Origin: an archaeon
GTDB lineage: Archaea; SpSt-1190; DYHY01
DNA length: 64,000 bases
Reading direction: 5' to 3'
Assembly (NCBI GenBank): GCA_043803745.1
Contig: JAZDJS010000015.1
Coordinates: 17,573 to 81,572, forward strand
The position numbers were made by a program, and so were the translations under genes. Each line of letters opens with the position of its first letter. Position 1 is the first letter of the stretch. The notes below the pieces were generated by a model that searched no databases, was not told where the DNA came from, and worked only from the letters and a program-made list of their open reading frames with translations. Positions 19,461 to 27,821 of this stretch are shown one piece after another.

Positions 19461-20069
19461 CTACTCACCTGCTTCCATCAAATGTTGCCTTAAAACCTTT
19501 CGCAATTGGCTATACTCGGGGATGCCAACCAGTTCCGTATTCTCTCGCCCGGCTCTGCCGACAAGCACCATTGGGAACAGTCCAGGAACGCCGAACCGGC
19601 TACATTCCCCTGCCGAACGGAGGAGTTCTTCTGGGATTTCCTGTCCGCGTGCGCACGCTTCTTCTGACCGCTCGCACAAAGTCGAAAGCGCCGAAATGAA
19701 CTCGGGAGTCTTCCTCTCAATGTCGAGCAAGGTGAGGTATTCCTTTTGCAAATATGCGACTTTTCCGCTCTTGAGGAATTCGTTCTCAAGCTTCGGCAGA
19801 ACGGTTTCCAGGAATTCCCTGCTTCCTTTGTCTCCCGTCCTCAGGTATGCAACCACCGTGATGCCTCCCTCTCCAGGGGACTGGCCAACGTCTACTCTCC
19901 CGCTCAAATAGGAATAAAGGGCTGAGATATTCCCGGCAGAAACGAACTCGAGAACGTTCGGGTATATCAGGCGTTCCTGACCGACGAACACAAGCGAGGA
20001 CGCGACAAGCAGGGCTGCGACAAGGAAAGCGAAGGCCGGCAAAGCCCATTTTTCTCTCGACGACAGCAT
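19461..20069 (-). CDS. Membrane-anchored DsbA-like protein lacking CxxC
   Basis: N-terminal TM; ITVVAY....SREF..VLPKLENEFLKSGKV, FGV.G.FP, VGIPEY pattern of DsbA fold, with the cysteines replaced. Confidence 0.55.
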   Translation of the reverse strand: MLSSREKWALPAFAFLVAALLVASSLVFVGQERLIYPNVLEFVSAGNISALYSYLSGRVDVGQSPGEGGITVVAYLRTGDKGSREFLETVLPKLENEFLKSGKVAYLQKEYLTLLDIERKTPEFISALSTLCERSEEACARGQEIPEELLRSAGECSRFGVPGLFPMVLVGRAGRENTELVGIPEYSQLRKVLRQHLMEAGE

Positions 20070-20071
20070 TT

Positions 20072-20623
20072 TCAATCCCGGTAATTGACCGAAGTTCTCA
20101 GCATTCTTTGCCCGGACCCGTATTTGACCGACAGGGCGAACAGGAACGCCGTCCAGACGAGAAGCGCGCCGCCGACAATCGGAATCCAGCCGAACAGCAG
20201 GACGGGCGTCAGGGAGAACATTACATACTTCAGGATCTCCACATATTTCGTCCCGCGCAATCTTCTGCCGGAAGCGACGGAACGTGCCGCAAGGCTCGCA
20301 AGGAATGCAAGAAAGGTTCCCGCAAAAAGATAGAAAAGGAACGTCCCGAAGGAAATCCCTATTGCATAATTCGCGAAAATCCAGTAGTTTATGTCCGCTC
20401 CGTTGACAAATATCCAATAAGCGGCTTCAGCGGCAAAGAACAGGAGCCGGCAAATCCCCGCCGCGGTGGCAGTTAGCAGAAGGATTTTCAGATGGCCGAA
20501 CAGAACCGCCTCGAACTTTTCCTTCCGCAGGTTCGCAAGGGCGCGTTTCGGATTTTCGAGCCAGCTAATGCGTTCTTTCAAGAGGGTTGCGAGCGGAACC
20601 ATTTCTCTCCACACTTCAGACAT
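20072..20623 (-). CDS. Yip1-like multi-pass membrane protein
   Basis: ENPKRAL start, 4-5 TM segments, SLTPVLLFGWIP. Confidence 0.6.
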   Translation of the reverse strand: MSEVWREMVPLATLLKERISWLENPKRALANLRKEKFEAVLFGHLKILLLTATAAGICRLLFFAAEAAYWIFVNGADINYWIFANYAIGISFGTFLFYLFAGTFLAFLASLAARSVASGRRLRGTKYVEILKYVMFSLTPVLLFGWIPIVGGALLVWTAFLFALSVKYGSGQRMLRTSVNYRD

Positions 20624-20659
20624 ACAAATTTAAACTTTGCTGGGATTGACGGGCGGGCA

Positions 20660-21238
20660 ATGCTTGAAATAAGGCGGCAGGCGGTTCATCTGATTCTTTT
20701 CAGCATCTGCGCATTCCCCGTGATTTACTTCCCTCTGAACGTCTCAATCGCGATTTTCTCTCTTCTTTTATCCGTTTCCCTGTCCGGGGGGCTCATCCTA
20801 AAGTACGACCTGGAAAGATTCCTTCCGAAAAAACTGAGGATAGTGGAAGTTCTCTCAAGGAAGGCGGAACGCAAAGAAGACGCGGGGAAGCTGCCATTCT
20901 ATGGGTCAACAATCGGGCTTGTGGGAATCCTCGCAGCCCTTCTGATTTCCGGTTCAAAGGCGTTCATTCCGATATTGATTCTCGCGTGGGGCGACAGCAC
21001 CTCAACGGTTGTCGGGATTCATCTCGGAAAGACCAATCTCTTTTCAGGGAGAAGCCTCGAGGGGTCAGTTGGATTTTTCTTTGCAGCGCTAATCCCCCTC
21101 TTCATTTCAACATCCCTTTCGGACGGGAAAATAGTGCTGATTGCCCTTGCAGCAACCCTGACCGAGATATTTTCCCCCGTCAATGACAATCTCTCGATAC
21201 CGATCGTCACGAGCCTGCTGCTCCGGCTGCTCGCGTAG
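20660..21238 (+). CDS. Dolichol/phytol kinase-like membrane kinase (SEC59/VTE5 family)
   Basis: EIRRQAVH, LAWGDSTSTVVG, RSLEGS, NDNLSIP. Confidence 0.85.
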   Translation: MLEIRRQAVHLILFSICAFPVIYFPLNVSIAIFSLLLSVSLSGGLILKYDLERFLPKKLRIVEVLSRKAERKEDAGKLPFYGSTIGLVGILAALLISGSKAFIPILILAWGDSTSTVVGIHLGKTNLFSGRSLEGSVGFFFAALIPLFISTSLSDGKIVLIALAATLTEIFSPVNDNLSIPIVTSLLLRLLA

Positions 21239-21473
21239 GACAATACAAAGCAAAAGAAGGACGGTTCTCGCTAAAGCAGCGGTTTCAGAGGCCTACCCGC
21301 TGTTTCTTCATCCGTTTCATTCTTTTCCGTCTTTTTTTTCTCCATTTCCAGCGGCTTTTCTGCCCCTGCCGCTTTTTCCAAGGATGAGATGTTTTAGTCA
21401 CGAAGACATCCGGTTTTCTTGGGTATAAAAACGTTTGGCATCAGCCGTAAAAGCATAAAAGCGGACTTGAGGG

Positions 21474-21719
21474 ATGCTTGCCATGTTTCCGGCGGTCCAG
21501 ATCCCCATCGAGAAAAGGCCCGGCGAAACAAGCGCATACCGTGAATATTCGCGGCTCGGCAGGGGCGTTCTGAGAACCGAGGTGCGTGTTGGACCCGGCG
21601 CAATAGCGCTTTCATTTAGGGCAATAGAACCTGAAGAGCCCCGCGATCTCCTCGACCTCCAGATTCTTGACACACCGGCCGCAAGATACTCGTTGCTTCC
21701 AACCGGAAGATATGGATAA
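21474..21719 (+). CDS. Small hypothetical protein
   Basis: 81-aa ORF filling the intergenic space; no recognisable motif. Confidence 0.35.
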   Translation: MLAMFPAVQIPIEKRPGETSAYREYSRLGRGVLRTEVRVGPGAIALSFRAIEPEEPRDLLDLQILDTPAARYSLLPTGRYG

Positions 21720-21771
21720 GACGCTAGTTGTTCGTCCGCTGCCGAACCATTTTGCCAAGCAGAGCCCTAGC

Positions 21772-21963
21772 CCGCCAAAAATTTTCTCTTTTCCCGTGTC
21801 CGTGCTGTAGCACCGACGGTCCGAGGACCGAACGGATTTTCTCTTGGCAAAGAGAAAAGGGGTTCCTGGTGGACTCCTCTGCCGAGGACCTTCGGCCGCC
21901 AAAAGCTTCCCTTTCCCCGAGGGATTTTTTCTTTGGAAAAGAAAAAAGGGGCTCCTGGTGGAC
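21772..21963 (-). repeat. Imperfect direct repeat that includes the tRNA-Arg 3' end and a downstream hairpin
   Basis: Unit A 21772-21874 and unit B 21896-21963 share CCGCCAAAA..TT(T/C)CCCG..GGATTTT-hairpin-GGGGyTCCTGGTGGAC. Confidence 0.8.
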
Positions 21964-22032
21964 CCGCTGGGATTTGAACCCAGGTCAAAGGCTCCGCAAG
22001 CCCCCATGCTATCCAAGCTATACCACGGGTCC
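21956..22032 (-). tRNA. tRNA-Arg(GCG), CCA encoded
   Basis: GGACCCG acceptor stem, anticodon loop TT-GCG-GA, GGTTCAAATCC T-arm, ACCA end. Confidence 0.95.
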
Positions 22033-22087
22033 GTCAGTGAAACGCGCAACCAACCATTTATAATATGTTTCAGGCGAGGAATCTTGG

Positions 22088-22957
22088 ATGACGAGCCAGA
22101 TACTTTTCGGACTTGTTTCAATGCTTCTATGGGCGATTTCCGACATAATTGCAGCTAGCGCGGTGAGAAAATCGGGAACCGGACGGGTGCTTTTCTACAG
22201 CCAGCTTTTCTCGGTCGTATTTGCATTAATTGCGGCGCCCGCTTTCCTTGGTGCAGAAGCGGCCCGGATTGATGCAGTATCAATACTCCTTTTGTCCCTT
22301 TGCGGGCTTCTTAACGCCGGCGGGTTCCTTTTTTTCTACCGGGCTCTTGAAAGGGGGAAAATATCAATTGCGGTTCCGCTCGGATACGGATGGTCAATTG
22401 TGACGGCAGTTCTCTCTGTTGCGTTCCTTGCAGAGAGACCGAGCAGGGCTCTTCTATTCGGCTCCGTTCTGGTCGTCCTCGGGGGGGTAATATCCGAGCT
22501 CAAACTATTTGGGCACCGCTCGCAGGGGCACCAACCATTTTCCGACAAGGGAACCTATCAGGTTGTTCTATCAGTGCTACTTTGGGGAGTTTGCTACGCG
22601 CTATTTGATTCGGTTTCGTCGAGAACCGGTTCATGGTTCCTTCCGGTTCTTATCCTTCGGCTGGTTTCTCTCACGGTAATGGTTCCTTTTTTGTTCAGAC
22701 CAGACAAAAAAGAGCTCCGAAAGGGGATTCTCGTTGGAACCGCCCTGATAGGGCTTTTCGAGCTCGGCGCGACGCTTTCGTATTCTGTCGGAATCTCGAT
22801 TGGCTACAGCTCGGTTGTTGCCCCAATTGCAGCGGGCGCCCCAGCAATCGTCGTCGCATATTCACTGGTTTTCCTCAAGGAAAAAGTCTCGAGAACGCAG
22901 CTCGCCGGAATTATGTTGGTTCTTCTGGGATTGATTATTGCAGCCTTCGCAGCCTGA
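22088..22957 (+). CDS. EamA/DMT family transporter
   Basis: About 10 TM segments in two repeats, FYRALERG..SIAVP, FLKEKVS. Confidence 0.88.
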   Translation: MTSQILFGLVSMLLWAISDIIAASAVRKSGTGRVLFYSQLFSVVFALIAAPAFLGAEAARIDAVSILLLSLCGLLNAGGFLFFYRALERGKISIAVPLGYGWSIVTAVLSVAFLAERPSRALLFGSVLVVLGGVISELKLFGHRSQGHQPFSDKGTYQVVLSVLLWGVCYALFDSVSSRTGSWFLPVLILRLVSLTVMVPFLFRPDKKELRKGILVGTALIGLFELGATLSYSVGISIGYSSVVAPIAAGAPAIVVAYSLVFLKEKVSRTQLAGIMLVLLGLIIAAFAA

Positions 22958-22997
22958 AAGAAGAATTTATAAACCGCTCCAAGAAGCCCAATGTATT

Positions 22998-23171
22998 ATG
23001 GCTGAAGAGAGCAAAGCATGCGTTTCCTGCGGCAAAAAAGTCGCCGCAATTAAGGGCAGTCTGACTTTTATGTGCCCTTCGTGCGGAAACGAGACGATTC
23101 GCAGGTGCTTTCCCTGCAGAAAAGCCGGAAGATTGTACACCTGCAAGGGCTGCGGATTTGTCGGTCCCTGA
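22998..23171 (+). CDS. Small double zinc-finger protein (DUF1610/HVO_2753-like)
   Basis: CVSCG..FMCPSCG..IRRCFPCRK..YTCKGCGFVGP; typical position before EF-1beta; TATA TTTATAAA ~22966. Confidence 0.9.
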   Translation: MAEESKACVSCGKKVAAIKGSLTFMCPSCGNETIRRCFPCRKAGRLYTCKGCGFVGP

Positions 23172-23199
23172 TTTTTTGGCTGAGAAGGAGTGTATTGAA

Positions 23200-23523
23200 A
23201 TGGAAAACGGACCTGCGCAGCAGGAACAGATGAAAAAGCCGAAAAAGCCGACCAACGTGATTACCGAAATCCGAGTGATGCCCGAAGGGCTGGAAATCGA
23301 CCTTGTGAAACTGCAGGAGCAGGTCAAGGCTCTCGGCGCCCAGTCAATCGAGCTAAGGGACATCGCATTCGGGCTTAAGGCAATCCACGCGGTTTTCGCG
23401 ATCCCCGATTCTGACGGAGGCGCAATGGAACGCGTTGAACAGGGGCTTGCGTCAATTCCCGGAGTTGCAGCCATCGAGGTCGTCAGCATGGGACGCGAAG
23501 TTGACTTGGACGATTTCAAGTAG
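23200..23523 (+). CDS. ef1b: Translation elongation factor aEF-1beta
   Basis: RVMPEGLEIDL, IAFGLKAI, IPGVAAIEV. Confidence 0.9.
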   Translation: MENGPAQQEQMKKPKKPTNVITEIRVMPEGLEIDLVKLQEQVKALGAQSIELRDIAFGLKAIHAVFAIPDSDGGAMERVEQGLASIPGVAAIEVVSMGREVDLDDFK

Positions 23524-23566
23524 TTCCGGCAACAACCTATAAATAAGGAACTCTGCGAACCCTGTC

Positions 23567-24304
23567 GTGGCATATGGGACAGCGGTGGAAATAGTTGAGA
23601 CGAGGTTCGTGAAATTTGACAAGCCGACGGTAATAGAGGGGTTCCCCTCGGTTGGATTGGTTGGTTCTATCGCAACCGAATACATCGCCACGAAGCTGGA
23701 GATGGAGGAAATAGGGTTCATAAAATCGACGCGGTTGCCTCCGGTGACAATAGTCAAGGACGGGGTTCCCAAGGCCCCGATAAGAATCTATTCCAAGGAC
23801 AACATAATCGTGTTTGTTTCCGACACGGCCGTTCCCGAGAGCCTTACATACGATCTCGCGCGGACGATAGTTGATTGGTGCAAAAAGCACGGGGCAGTGA
23901 AAATCATTTCGGTCGGCGGGATTGCACGGGAGGAAAAGCCGTCAGAAGCGAAGATTTACGTCGTTGGAACCGACCCGGTCGAAATAGCGAAAATAATAGA
24001 AACCAAGAAATATTCGGCGATAAAACTCGGTTTCCTCACTGGACTTCTTGGGATTCTCATGATGGAATCCGGGGAAGCCGGAATCCCTGCGCACGCATAT
24101 CTTACTGACGCGCTCCTCGATGCGCCCGACCCCAAGGCCGCCGCGAAAACGGTTGACGCAATTGTGGACGAGCTCGGACTAAAGCTTGAAACGCAGTCTC
24201 TCGTCCAGACCTCGGACAAAATAGAGAAGAAGATTTCCCAGCTAATGCACCAGACAAAGCATCACCTGGAAGAAAGCAAGGCATATCCGAGCGTATATGG
24301 ATGA
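23567..24304 (+). CDS. Proteasome assembly chaperone (PAC2 family)
   Basis: IEGFPSVGLVGSIA, PIRIY, ISVGG, PDPKAAA. Confidence 0.88.
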   Translation: MAYGTAVEIVETRFVKFDKPTVIEGFPSVGLVGSIATEYIATKLEMEEIGFIKSTRLPPVTIVKDGVPKAPIRIYSKDNIIVFVSDTAVPESLTYDLARTIVDWCKKHGAVKIISVGGIAREEKPSEAKIYVVGTDPVEIAKIIETKKYSAIKLGFLTGLLGILMMESGEAGIPAHAYLTDALLDAPDPKAAAKTVDAIVDELGLKLETQSLVQTSDKIEKKISQLMHQTKHHLEESKAYPSVYG

Positions 24305-24764
24305 GGCAGAACTTTGCCGAATCGCAGCTGAGATAGTTGGACGCGCGATTGCACTCAAGGACTTTCTGACAGATGAGAAAACCGCGTCGGTAGGCTACTG
24401 TTGCATATACTGTCACGACCCGGAGGAATACCGGGCTCGTCTGACAACTGCCGCCGGAATAGGGAAAATTGTCAGGGAAACGCCAACCGGACCGTTCATA
24501 CTTCTGCGTGAGCCGATTCAAACAGCCGCCGGAAGCTTGCATATACTCAAAATAAGGGCTCCCGATCCGACTCATCCTGAGCTAGGGCATGCGGATTTCA
24601 CCGCGGCCGACTATCGGAAACTTAAGAAGTGGGCACTTGGACGGGAAGGATTCAAGCTAATAGTTAGGAAAGAGCACGAAATGATTGAGTTAAAGTCTCC
24701 AGAGTTCAAGGACGTCCGGGCATATTTTCCGGACCCGCCCATAGAAACAATCTTAGGAATTTAA
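24297..24764 (+). CDS. Hypothetical protein (possible VOC/YecM-like fold)
   Basis: 155 aa, coupled to PAC2; ETPTGP..LKIR.PDP..G.ADF..EMIEL pattern; fold assignment is tentative. Confidence 0.6.
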   Translation: MDEAELCRIAAEIVGRAIALKDFLTDEKTASVGYCCIYCHDPEEYRARLTTAAGIGKIVRETPTGPFILLREPIQTAAGSLHILKIRAPDPTHPELGHADFTAADYRKLKKWALGREGFKLIVRKEHEMIELKSPEFKDVRAYFPDPPIETILGI

Positions 24765-24914
24765 CCCTTTCCGCGCAAATCTCCCATCCTTTCAGGGCGG
24801 AGATACGCGTGATCTTCGACCGCGAAGATAGGCTCGCTCCAAGGATTTCACACCATTGGCCGGCTTTGCCGGCCCATCTTAGGAATCCGCGGGCTTGAGC
24901 CCGCGGTAGTTCAA
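24765..24914 (+). mobile_element. 150-bp non-autonomous IS200/IS605-like element (PATE-like)
   Basis: Follows TTTAA (24760-24764); left hairpin ATCTCC..CCTTTCAGGGCGGAGAT; right hairpin CCGCGGGC-TTGA-GCCCGCGG (24887-24906) followed by TAGTTCAA; no ORF. Confidence 0.7.
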
Positions 24915-25181
24915 TCAGGCGCGCCCGCCTCGCCAAAGCTCCAGGTTTTCCTTGCTAGGGGTTTTTGACAGGAGTTTTTTTGCCTCTCTTAGGCTTTCCT
25001 GGTCGGGATATTTTCCGCATTTCGGGCATTTTTCGCTCTCGGAGACGTTCCAACCCCAGCCGCAGCGCTTGTCGGAGCAGTAGACAATTCCCGCAGATTC
25101 AACCCCGCGCCCAAGCTCGAAAGTTTTCCGGTTCGCCTCAATCATCTTTCTGTTCGGCCTGAAATAGTTCGACTGTGCCAT
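24915..25181 (-). CDS. Small zinc-ribbon protein, paralog of 9337-9681
   Basis: GIVYCSDKRCGWGW..KCPKCG. Confidence 0.7.
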   Translation of the reverse strand: MAQSNYFRPNRKMIEANRKTFELGRGVESAGIVYCSDKRCGWGWNVSESEKCPKCGKYPDQESLREAKKLLSKTPSKENLELWRGGRA

Positions 25182-25229
25182 TGTAGGACCTTCGCCAACG
25201 GCGACCTTTTTTAGAGTTTTCCCGCCCCA

Positions 25230-25982
25230 TCACGCAACCAAAGGCACCGTGGAATATCCCCCGCTGCTTGAAAGGTACTGCTCGTGGAAAATCGGCGGCT
25301 TGCCCATGTTCCGGAGAAGCTCCGCGGTTATCTGTCTGACGAAAAGCTCCTCTCCCCCGCCGAGAATTTGGTGGACCTTTTCGTGAAGCCCGATTTCGAA
25401 TTTTCCTGCGGGCGACTCTTCCTTTTTCACACGTATCTTTCTTGTTCCGAGTTCGGCCGTTCCAAGAGTATCTTTCCCCAGCATATGCCCCGGAACCTCG
25501 CGTATGTCAAAATTGCTATCCGCAAGCACTTCCGGGCGCGCGTATATCGAATCAGCGACGACCTTCGCAGCCGACTTGTGCGGAGTCCGTCCGTGCCCGT
25601 ATCTGGGGTCTTTCTTTGAAGAGCCATAAACACCTTGCCTTGCGCCATATTTCTTTGGCCCCGCATCGTAAATTTCGACGGCAGTAACTTTCCCGGAAGA
25701 AGTTGCAAGGATTCCGTATGCCCCGGCAAAAGGGTCCGGTCCCGCTAGAACGCCGGGCAAGTCTGTTGCCGCGTCCATGACCGTCCTGTCAAGCACCTTG
25801 TAACGGGGATTCTCCTCAGGAGTTTCGATTCGCCCAAGGACATACGCGACAAACGCGCCGGGCTTTTCAGTTCCTGCAACGATGTGCCCGCGCGTCCCGA
25901 AAAGAAGGGAATCCGTTTCCGGCGAAAGTACAAGGACTGCAAGCTCCTCAATCGGAAGATTTGCATAGTTCGCAGTCAACAT
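25230..25982 (-). CDS. Hypothetical protein with a C-terminal HExxH zincin-like domain
   Basis: LG.AELGTRKIRV....IGLHEKVHQILGGGEELFV. Confidence 0.55.
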   Translation of the reverse strand: MLTANYANLPIEELAVLVLSPETDSLLFGTRGHIVAGTEKPGAFVAYVLGRIETPEENPRYKVLDRTVMDAATDLPGVLAGPDPFAGAYGILATSSGKVTAVEIYDAGPKKYGARQGVYGSSKKDPRYGHGRTPHKSAAKVVADSIYARPEVLADSNFDIREVPGHMLGKDTLGTAELGTRKIRVKKEESPAGKFEIGLHEKVHQILGGGEELFVRQITAELLRNMGKPPIFHEQYLSSSGGYSTVPLVA

Positions 25983-26046
25983 ATTCTCATTCCCAGGTTT
26001 TGCTACTTGGCAATTGCATTAGGGGTTTATCAAGCTTTCCCTCAAA

Positions 26047-26559
26047 CTATTCAATCCGGTCGATGTATTTTACCCAATCCTTCTCCGAAAGCTGGAACAC
26101 TTGCGCGCCATTTGCCTGCGCAATCATAAGCTCCTGCCCGAACTGCGTCTTGGTGGTTCCTTTGTAATTGTCCTTTCCAACAACCAACTGCACGCTTGAC
26201 TCTTGGGCCGAGCCGCAGGGCGAGCAGACAATTCCGATGATTGCAGTGTCCTTGTCAGCAAGGCCCTCAAGCTTAATGCTTATTTTTGGCGGGCTCGCGG
26301 TGAATCCGGTATAAACAAGGAACGCGCCCCCCAGAAGAAGGAGAATTGCGAGGATGTAAAGTATTTTCTTCTGCCCGCCTCCGACATCTTTGCCAATCTG
26401 GAAGCTCCCGCCCGAGGAAGGGATTGAGTAGCCTCTCTGAGGAGACGGCCAATATGAAGGGGAAGCTGCCCCGTAATATCCCCGCCGTTGCCCGCCCGGA
26501 GAGGGCCAGTTCTGTTGTTGTCCCCCCAGTCTTTGCGGAGTTCCCAAAGTCACTGCCAT
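26047..26559 (-). CDS. Single-pass membrane protein with a low-complexity G/S/Q/Y/P N-terminus
   Basis: N-terminal ~60 aa low complexity, KK-ILYILAILLLLGGAFLVY TM, beta-rich C-terminal domain. Confidence 0.6.
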   Translation of the reverse strand: MAVTLGTPQRLGGQQQNWPSPGGQRRGYYGAASPSYWPSPQRGYSIPSSGGSFQIGKDVGGGQKKILYILAILLLLGGAFLVYTGFTASPPKISIKLEGLADKDTAIIGIVCSPCGSAQESSVQLVVGKDNYKGTTKTQFGQELMIAQANGAQVFQLSEKDWVKYIDRIE

Positions 26560-27086
26560 TTTCCTAACGTGAACCTCTCAATTGTTTCATGTACTGCGCC
26601 GGTCTCACCCAACCTGCTTTCTTTTAATAATATCTCCTTTGCGATAAAGGAGCCAAACTCGAGTTCTCCGAACTTGTCAAAAATCCCCCCGAAATTTCCC
26701 TTCAGGAGCTTTACGCGCCCGATAGTTATGTGCGGTCTGAATGCCCCCGGTCCCGCCTCTGGGACGCCCAATCTTTCCAGTTCATACGCGCCCCGGCACT
26801 GCGCAAAGACGACCCGCGGGCTGGCTTGGTTCGGGAAAGCGGAAATTCCCCTGACATTGATGGGGAACGGCAGTGTTTTCTCGGAGACACGTCGCCATCT
26901 TTCCGAAATCCCTCCTAGCGCATCCGCGGCAACATCCCCGAGAAATTCCAGATTGATGTGGTACTGGGTCGGCTCGACATAATTCATCGGAACCCCGAAT
27001 TGTTTCAGTTCCCTCGAGACGAGGGCAATATTGTTTTTGACCGCGCTGTCCGGCTCAATGCAGACGAAACATCGTTTGGTTTCCAT
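26550..27086 (-). CDS. thpR: RNA 2',3'-cyclic phosphodiesterase (2H family)
   Basis: RCFVCI, YHINLEFLG, FP...PRVV, FRPHITIGR. Confidence 0.88.
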   Translation of the reverse strand: METKRCFVCIEPDSAVKNNIALVSRELKQFGVPMNYVEPTQYHINLEFLGDVAADALGGISERWRRVSEKTLPFPINVRGISAFPNQASPRVVFAQCRGAYELERLGVPEAGPGAFRPHITIGRVKLLKGNFGGIFDKFGELEFGSFIAKEILLKESRLGETGAVHETIERFTLGKWQ

Positions 27087-27146
27087 TCTAGGGTGAATGC
27101 TTTAAAGGAGTACAAATCATTTTCCTTTTTGGAGCGCAGACTAGAA

Positions 27147-27821
27147 ATGCAATCGGCAAAGAAAGGTGTCGTCGTCTTAAAGGTCGGAGGTTCAGTGGCT
27201 TTCCCGGGAAAGCCGGACCCGGAGGTGATAAACAAGCTTGTCGAATACATCAACCAGTTCAAAAGCCAGGGGAAGCGGGTTGCCGTTATCGTCGGCGGAG
27301 GGAAGCTTGTCCGTGATTATGTTTCAGCCTTAAGGGGAACTGGGATGAACGAGGCATTCCTCGATGAATTGGGAATCCTGATAGGGCGGCTCAACGCGCG
27401 GGTCGTTGCAAAAATGGCGGACGGCCGGTTTGTCGAAACCCTTGAACAGGCAAGATATGTTGTCGAGGAGGGCATCGTCCCCGTGATGGGCGGGATGATT
27501 CCGGGACAGAGCCACGATGCCGTTGCCGCGGTAGTCGCGGAATATTTGGAGGCCGAACATCTATACATCCTCACCGATGTCGGCGGCGTTTACGACAAGG
27601 ACCCGAAGATTAGCTCCGACGCCCGGCTTTTGCCAAATCTTTCCTTTTCCGAGATGATACGCCTCTGCGAAGGGCTCGAGAGCAAGGCAGGAAACTACCC
27701 TATATTCGATTTCGTCGCCGCAAAGGTAATTTCCCGTTCGAAGATAAGAACCACCCTGTGCAAATTCGAGAACCTTACCCTTGCAACGGAAGGAAAGTCA
27801 GGAACTTTGGTTGATGGCTGA
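27147..27821 (+). CDS. pyrH: UMP kinase (archaeal)
   Basis: VLKVGGS, VGGGKLVR, DELGI, PGQSHDAVAA, DVGGVYDKDP. Confidence 0.93.
   Translation: MQSAKKGVVVLKVGGSVAFPGKPDPEVINKLVEYINQFKSQGKRVAVIVGGGKLVRDYVSALRGTGMNEAFLDELGILIGRLNARVVAKMADGRFVETLEQARYVVEEGIVPVMGGMIPGQSHDAVAAVVAEYLEAEHLYILTDVGGVYDKDPKISSDARLLPNLSFSEMIRLCEGLESKAGNYPIFDFVAAKVISRSKIRTTLCKFENLTLATEGKSGTLVDG

Noticed and set aside
21772-21963. CRISPR mini-array
   Set aside because: Only two imperfect units tied to the tRNA end; no cas genes
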